A stretch of 61,607 nt of DNA from a virus (taxonomy: Duplodnaviria; Caudoviricetes). Below the pieces are notes generated by a model. It was not told the DNA's origin. It ran no database searches and was given only the letters and a program-made list of their open reading frames with translations. The stretch lies in IMG/VR virus record IMGVR_UViG_3300010359_000002, positions 1 through 61,607 of that record; one strand, written 5' to 3'. Below, piece by piece: positions 57,187 to 61,607 of the stretch; positions within the stretch are counted from its first letter, which is position 1, and every line of letters starts with the position of its first letter. The translations under genes and the position numbers were made by a program.

Positions 57187-58248
57187 TCAGGCGTTGGTGA
57201 GGATGCGGCCCAGCAGCTCCATCGCCGCGTCGTCCGCCTTGCCCTGCTCACCCTTGACGGCCGACATCATGTTGCGCTCGGCCCGGGTGCCCCCACGCAC
57301 GATGCCTTCGTGGTGGTCGTAGGTGTTGACGGCCTGCAGCACCCCGAAGCTGGTGCCCTTCCAGGGACTGACCCGCTGGTCGTGGTTCCACAGCTTCTTG
57401 AGCGTGTCCTGCTTGTTGATGGCCATCGTCAGCGCGCGGCCCTCCTTCTTCTTGCCGTCCTCGGTGACCGGCACGTACGCCTCCAGGAAGGCGAGCCACT
57501 GCTTGTCGGTGACCGTGGTGGCGCACAGCTCGGCCACCTGCGCGGTGAAGTCGTCCGCGGCCTGGTGGATGATGCCGAGCGCCTGCCGGGCGCTGGCCAG
57601 CTTGAAGCCGGAGTTCTTGGTGTGCTTGGCCTTGAACTGCTGCCCACGCTCACCCCGTGCGGCCTCCAGCGTGTTGTCGCAGACCACCACCGTGATCGTG
57701 CGCTTGAAGGTGGTGGCGATCGAGCCGTCGAAGCTGGTGCAGCCCAGCAGGTTGGGCCGGAAGGAGACGCCCTCGGGTGTGGTGATGGTGTCGGGCACCT
57801 CCACCTGCACCCAGGCGACGGCGCCCTGTCGCAGCAGACCGGCCGACCCGATGCTCAGGTCGTCGTCCAGCAGGTTCGCGACGGTGTCCAGCAGCCACTG
57901 CTTGTACTGGTGCGGCTGGTAGCCGTCCTTGAACATCCCCATGACGTGGTTGTTGTCGTCACGGGCGATGGCCTGCCGGTCCAACTGCACGGCCCACTTC
58001 ATCGGGGTGCCGTCCTCGGCCAGGTGGGTCATGTCCTCGAAGGTGGCCGGGACCTCGACCGCGACGCGACGGCTGGTGGCGGCCCAGTCGAAGAGCCGGC
58101 GGGTGACGTGCTCCACCGGGATGGCGCCCGGGTAGTGGTTGGACTCGGCGCCCTGCTCCTGGGCCTTGTAGTGCCAGGCGTGACCGCGCTTGTCGGTGAA
58201 GCCGATCAGGGTGTTGGTGTTCAGGGTGCTGATGGTCTCGAAGGTCAT
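57187..58248 (-). CDS. DUF932 (phage/plasmid-like TIGR03299) protein
   Basis: AWH, Y.PHQ, SAGLL..G, SFDGS, VVCDNTL, KHT and W.GT..G..QAV..Y.HH motifs. Confidence 0.8.
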   Translation of the reverse strand: MTFETISTLNTNTLIGFTDKRGHAWHYKAQEQGAESNHYPGAIPVEHVTRRLFDWAATSRRVAVEVPATFEDMTHLAEDGTPMKWAVQLDRQAIARDDNNHVMGMFKDGYQPHQYKQWLLDTVANLLDDDLSIGSAGLLRQGAVAWVQVEVPDTITTPEGVSFRPNLLGCTSFDGSIATTFKRTITVVVCDNTLEAARGERGQQFKAKHTKNSGFKLASARQALGIIHQAADDFTAQVAELCATTVTDKQWLAFLEAYVPVTEDGKKKEGRALTMAINKQDTLKKLWNHDQRVSPWKGTSFGVLQAVNTYDHHEGIVRGGTRAERNMMSAVKGEQGKADDAAMELLGRILTNA

Positions 58249-58295
58249 CGGTGCTCCAGTGCTCGGGCGATCCGGGACGTGGTGGGAGAGGTGGT

Positions 58296-58333
58296 GCGGT
58301 GCTACGGGCGGTGCGCGGTGCTACGGGCGGTGC
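58296..58333. repeat. Perfect 19-bp tandem duplication GCGGTGCTACGGGCGGTGC x2
   Basis: Read directly from the sequence. Confidence 0.85.
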
Positions 58334-58581
58334 GGCGGGTGAACCGTCACCACGCCGTTGTCGTTGGTGGTGACGTGCTCGATCAAGCCGTCGTCACCGT
58401 CGAACTCGTAGTGGGTGATGGTCCACAGGAACAGCGCACCCCAGTAGGCGAACTGGATGACCAGCTTGGACGCCTCACCCTCGTCCGCGGTGGGCAGCGG
58501 GTTGAGGTAGAGGCTCTGGGGTCCGACGGGCTTGGGGTTGGGGACGATGGTCGGGGACTTGGACGGTGGGGACTTGGGCAC
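58321..58581 (-). CDS. Hypothetical protein
   Basis: GTG 58581 with RBS AGGAG. Confidence 0.5.
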   Translation of the reverse strand: MPKSPPSKSPTIVPNPKPVGPQSLYLNPLPTADEGEASKLVIQFAYWGALFLWTITHYEFDGDDGLIEHVTTNDNGVVTVHPPHRP

Positions 58582-58583
58582 TG

Positions 58584-58823
58584 CTACTCCTGCTCTCGGG
58601 GCGAGCCGTCCTGCCACTGGCCCTCGGTGAAGCGCTCCCAGCCCTCGGCGAAACCGGTGGTGTAGGCGCTGGTGTCGAAGCTGGGGTCAACCTCGGCGTA
58701 CTGCGCGGCGCGTGCGGCGGCCTCCTCCTCCTGGGTCTGCGTGACGCCGTAGGCGTCCGCGTAGTTGGCGGCGTCCCAGCCGTGGTCCACCCCGCGCGCG
58801 TGCGTCTCGCGGTCGTAGCTCAT
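58584..58823 (-). CDS. Hypothetical acidic protein
   Basis: MSYDRETH...; 'AY..GF.EG' motif. Confidence 0.6.
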   Translation of the reverse strand: MSYDRETHARGVDHGWDAANYADAYGVTQTQEEEAAARAAQYAEVDPSFDTSAYTTGFAEGWERFTEGQWQDGSPREQE

Positions 58824-59110
58824 CAGCACTCCTCCAGTGTCGGTTCGGTGGCGTCCCACAGCTGGGCCCAGCCCTCGACCGGGCCACGCTCGCCGTGGTG
58901 CTCCACGTACTTGTACAGCGCCAGCAGCGGCCGGCGGGCGCGGCCGGTGTCGAGGCTGCGCACGTCGCGGCTGATCTCGAACTTGGTGCCGGCCGGGTCC
59001 GTGATGGCCCCGCTGGAAGCCAGCGAGTACAGCGCGGACGCCTGGCCACCGTGCCAGTCCGCGGCGATCGTGCGCGCCTGTGCGTCGCTGATGACGTTGA
59101 GGTACTTCAC
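58823..59110 (-). CDS. Hypothetical protein
   Basis: 'AR.IA..WHGGQ.S.LY..ASSG' family pattern. Confidence 0.6.
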   Translation of the reverse strand: MKYLNVISDAQARTIAADWHGGQASALYSLASSGAITDPAGTKFEISRDVRSLDTGRARRPLLALYKYVEHHGERGPVEGWAQLWDATEPTLEEC

Positions 59111-59140
59111 CGGGACCTCCGTGGTGGTTGTTGCTAGGGA

Positions 59141-59174
59141 AGGCAAGCGAGCGCTGGGGCACTCACTCGCTCGG
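59141..59174 (-). promoter_or_regulatory. Bipartite early motif, copy B
   Basis: + strand AGGCAAG-N12-CACTCACTCGCTCGG, upstream of the 59110 start. Confidence 0.55.
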
Positions 59175-59732
59175 CGTAGCGGCGGCCTGCGCGGCCTCGA
59201 CCTGCGCGTACGCCTGCTCGGCGTAGCAGGTGGCGTCCTCCAGGAGGCCGGCCTCGTGCGCCACGTTGTTGAGGTACCGCTCCTGCTCCCCGCGCAGGAA
59301 GTGCGGCCGCGTGTAGCGCGTGCCCGTGCCGTTGGAGAACGCGGGGAAGAACGACCCGCGGTTGAACAGGCAGTCGATCACCCACGCTTTCTCGTGCGGG
59401 TAGCGACTGACCGAAGCGCGGATGCCCTGCCAGGTCACAGTGGCGGTGACGCACTGCTTGCCGGACAGGTTGAGCCCGTCTTCGACCTTGAGGTCAGCGA
59501 CCTCCAGCGGCTGTGCGTACTGCTCCAGCAGCTTCACAGCGGCCTTGCGCGTGTCGAGGCCGTGCTCGTCCAGGACCGTGCCATCCGCGGCCGTGGGGAT
59601 CCACAGCGGCTTGCTGGAGAGGCTGACGCTCATCCCGCGGATGTGCAGCCCGTCCGGCTCGTGCTTGACCACCTGGCCGATGACCTTGCCGTCCAGGGTC
59701 ACCGTGCCGTCGGGCCCGATCTTGCTGGGCAT
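59163..59732 (-). CDS. Hypothetical protein
   Basis: RBS GGAGGT; 189 aa. Confidence 0.65.
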   Translation of the reverse strand: MPSKIGPDGTVTLDGKVIGQVVKHEPDGLHIRGMSVSLSSKPLWIPTAADGTVLDEHGLDTRKAAVKLLEQYAQPLEVADLKVEDGLNLSGKQCVTATVTWQGIRASVSRYPHEKAWVIDCLFNRGSFFPAFSNGTGTRYTRPHFLRGEQERYLNNVAHEAGLLEDATCYAEQAYAQVEAAQAAATPSE

Positions 59733-59787
59733 TGGATACCTCCGAAAACGCTGGGGCCAACCAGGAGATGTAGCGGGCCGCTGATGG

Positions 59788-59971
59788 GACGGCCGCAGAT
59801 GTGCCCGCTGGACGGTTGCGTCGGGGAGTTGATCAGGCTCCTGCTCTCACGATCTTCATCACCAGCTCAAGGGCGCCGCTTACCCGCACCGCGGGCCCAA
59901 GCAACCTTGAGCGTGTGACTCCTGTGAGCCGACTTTCTGTGATCCGTCCAGCAGGCACATCTGCGGCCGTC
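59788..59971 (-). ncRNA. Candidate rod-like structured RNA (~185 nt)
   Basis: 28-bp terminal stem whose single mismatch is a G-U pair on the minus strand, plus six nested helices and a side hairpin. Confidence 0.55.
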
Positions 59972-59972
59972 A

Positions 59973-60246
59973 CTAGGAAGGGCAATCGGGCCGGCAGGCA
60001 CTCACCCGTTCGGCCCAGCGGGCCCGGAGCGTGCCGACCGGTCCGCGCTTTCCGTGCGGTCCGTCGTGCGCTTGCACTTTAGAAGGGCAATCGAGCACGC
60101 GGGCACTCACCCGCTTGGCTCAACCGGCGTTCAACGCGCGTTCCGCGCGGTCCGTCCGGCTGGGCGCCCGGCCCGATGTTCCGGCCGGCCGTGCTTGCCG
60201 CTCTGCTAGGGAGGGCAATCGAGCCGGCCGGCACTCACCCGTTCGG
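59973..60246 (-). promoter_or_regulatory. Three tandem copies (C, D, E) of the bipartite motif
   Basis: + strand AGGGCAATC..CACTCACCCG at 59980, 60084 and 60212; GCAAT-to-CACTC spacing is 12 nt in each. Confidence 0.65.
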
Positions 60247-60363
60247 CGCATGCCGGCCGCCACGGGCCCTACGTGCCACGCTCACGGGCCGGCCGGCCCT
60301 ACCCGCGTGCCGGCCGGCCGCCACGGCACCACAGCGGCCCGTCACCCTGCCGGCCCGGACGCA

Positions 60364-60406
60364 AGAAAGCGGGCCGGCAGGGTCACCCCTAACCGGCCCG
60401 CTTTCT
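60364..60406 (-). terminator. Intrinsic terminator after the 60420 gene (possibly bidirectional)
   Basis: 14-bp stem AGAAAGCGGGCCGG / CCGGCCCGCTTTCT. Confidence 0.6.
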
Positions 60407-60419
60407 GCGGCCTAGCGCG

Positions 60420-61427
60420 TCACGCCGACTTGTCACCCCATGCGTGGCGCGGCCCGCGGACCGTGGTGGACGTCCCTACGGACCCGCCACCCTTGTTCCC
60501 CTTGCGGTTCTCACTCTTGCGGACCGGCCCGGACGGCGTGAGCGCGTATGCCCAGTCATCGGCAGCGCGGTCCGCGCGGGTCGCCCGGTAGGCGCCCGTC
60601 CGGCCGGTCAGCCCGAGAGTCGCGCTCTGCTCTTCCGTGAGCGGCTCATACCGGCCGGCCCGCACCACGGCGCACGTGTCGTGAGCGCACGTCTCACAAG
60701 CTGGCCCAGCGATCGGCGTACGAACCACCACGGGGGACGCGCTACCGGACTCCGAGCGATCCCGGATCCCGAACGCGCCACCCGGCATGTCGGCATCTTG
60801 CGTGCTGACGTTTTCCCAGCGCTCTGCGCGCTTGACGGTTCCGGACTGCAGAGCGTTCCGGATGATGATTTCGGCAGCCACGGCCGGCACAACTTCCCGG
60901 ACCCGCTTAGCAAGCATGCCCTTAAGCGTGGGCACCGAACCGCGCCGATCTTGGGAACGGGCCGAATCGAGCCACGCGGACAGCGCGCCATGCAAGGCAG
61001 GATCGGCCCGGTCAAGTTCCCGCATGGCGTCTGCGAACACGTCTGACAGGTCGGTACGGGTCATGTGGTCGGGGGACGGGGCCAGCGTGGCCACGCCGAG
61101 CGCGTTCCCATCGGACAGCGTGTCTAGGTCGGCATCCGACCCGCCGGACAGCTCACGGCCGTTGCTCTGGGCATCTTGAATGAACCGCTGCACAGCGGCA
61201 CGGGCCGACAGAGCGGCAGCGTCGCGCGGGTCGGCGCCATCCCAGCACACCGAACCGAGCGCATGCATGACAGCAACCTGCGTGACGTCCTCCCGGTCAT
61301 CCTGCGGCCGGCCCGCCATGCGCCGGTCAACACAGCGGGTAGCGACAGAGCGGACAGCGTCGATCACGGTTGAGGGGATGCCGGTCGGCAGGCTCACCGG
61401 GATGAGAGCGGCTAGCGCGTGTTGCAT
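60420..61427 (-). CDS. Hypothetical protein, possible divergent sigma-70/ECF region-2 factor
   Basis: 'DDREDVTQVAVMHAL', 'ARAAVQRFI' and 'SPD...DL...ADAMREL' resemble ECF sigma2 and linker; no clear sigma4 HTH. Start is 61427 or 61475. Confidence 0.45.
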   Translation of the reverse strand: MQHALAALIPVSLPTGIPSTVIDAVRSVATRCVDRRMAGRPQDDREDVTQVAVMHALGSVCWDGADPRDAAALSARAAVQRFIQDAQSNGRELSGGSDADLDTLSDGNALGVATLAPSPDHMTRTDLSDVFADAMRELDRADPALHGALSAWLDSARSQDRRGSVPTLKGMLAKRVREVVPAVAAEIIIRNALQSGTVKRAERWENVSTQDADMPGGAFGIRDRSESGSASPVVVRTPIAGPACETCAHDTCAVVRAGRYEPLTEEQSATLGLTGRTGAYRATRADRAADDWAYALTPSGPVRKSENRKGNKGGGSVGTSTTVRGPRHAWGDKSA

Positions 61428-61607
61428 GGGGACCACGTTCCTAACGTCATGGGAGAGAGCTTGCGGGGACAGCATCGGCCCGCGTGCTCACGGCCATAGG
61501 GCTTGTGCCGACCACTCACCCGTTCGCTACACGCGATTCACCCACGCGCACTAGCATCCCCCCCGGGTTTCACCCATATGGCCCATCGGATTTTTTCTGC
61601 CTACGGC

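Noticed and set aside
59788-59971. Hammerhead ribozyme or a complete retron
   Set aside because: No correctly arranged CUGANGA/GAAA core, and no reverse transcriptase in the window.
59973-60250. CRISPR mini-array
   Set aside because: Repeats are bipartite and degenerate with a variable core, intervals are ~65-90 nt and similar to each other, solo copies occur before genes, and no cas genes are present.

Overview
The window is most of a GC-rich temperate siphovirus-like phage genome with actinobacterial hallmarks. No host chromosomal genes are recognisable, and the window starts inside the portal gene. Rightward modules: head, neck and tail genes (including a -1 frameshifted tail chaperone and a ~1680-aa tape measure), a GT25 glycosyltransferase among the tail genes, fibres, a lysis cassette, then exonuclease / Sak4-like ATPase / SSB / primase-helicase and many Cys-rich small proteins. 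The centre has a large serine integrase and tRNA-Arg(ACG). The mostly leftward right arm carries a Ku + ATP-dependent ligase + MoxR-type AAA + RuvB-like + vWA + DUF6744-like operon, small early genes, a DUF932 protein and a possible divergent sigma-like factor. The most striking non-coding signals are: (i) about nine AAC-N4-GTT palindromes resembling actinobacterial LexA SOS boxes in front of most operons, with no recognisable CI repressor in the window; (ii) a fixed-spacing bipartite motif (GGGTGAGTG-N12-ATTGCC on the minus strand) upstream of the leftward early genes; (iii) a ~185-nt rod-like structured RNA closed by a 28-bp stem. All functional calls come from recognising motifs by eye; no database search was run.
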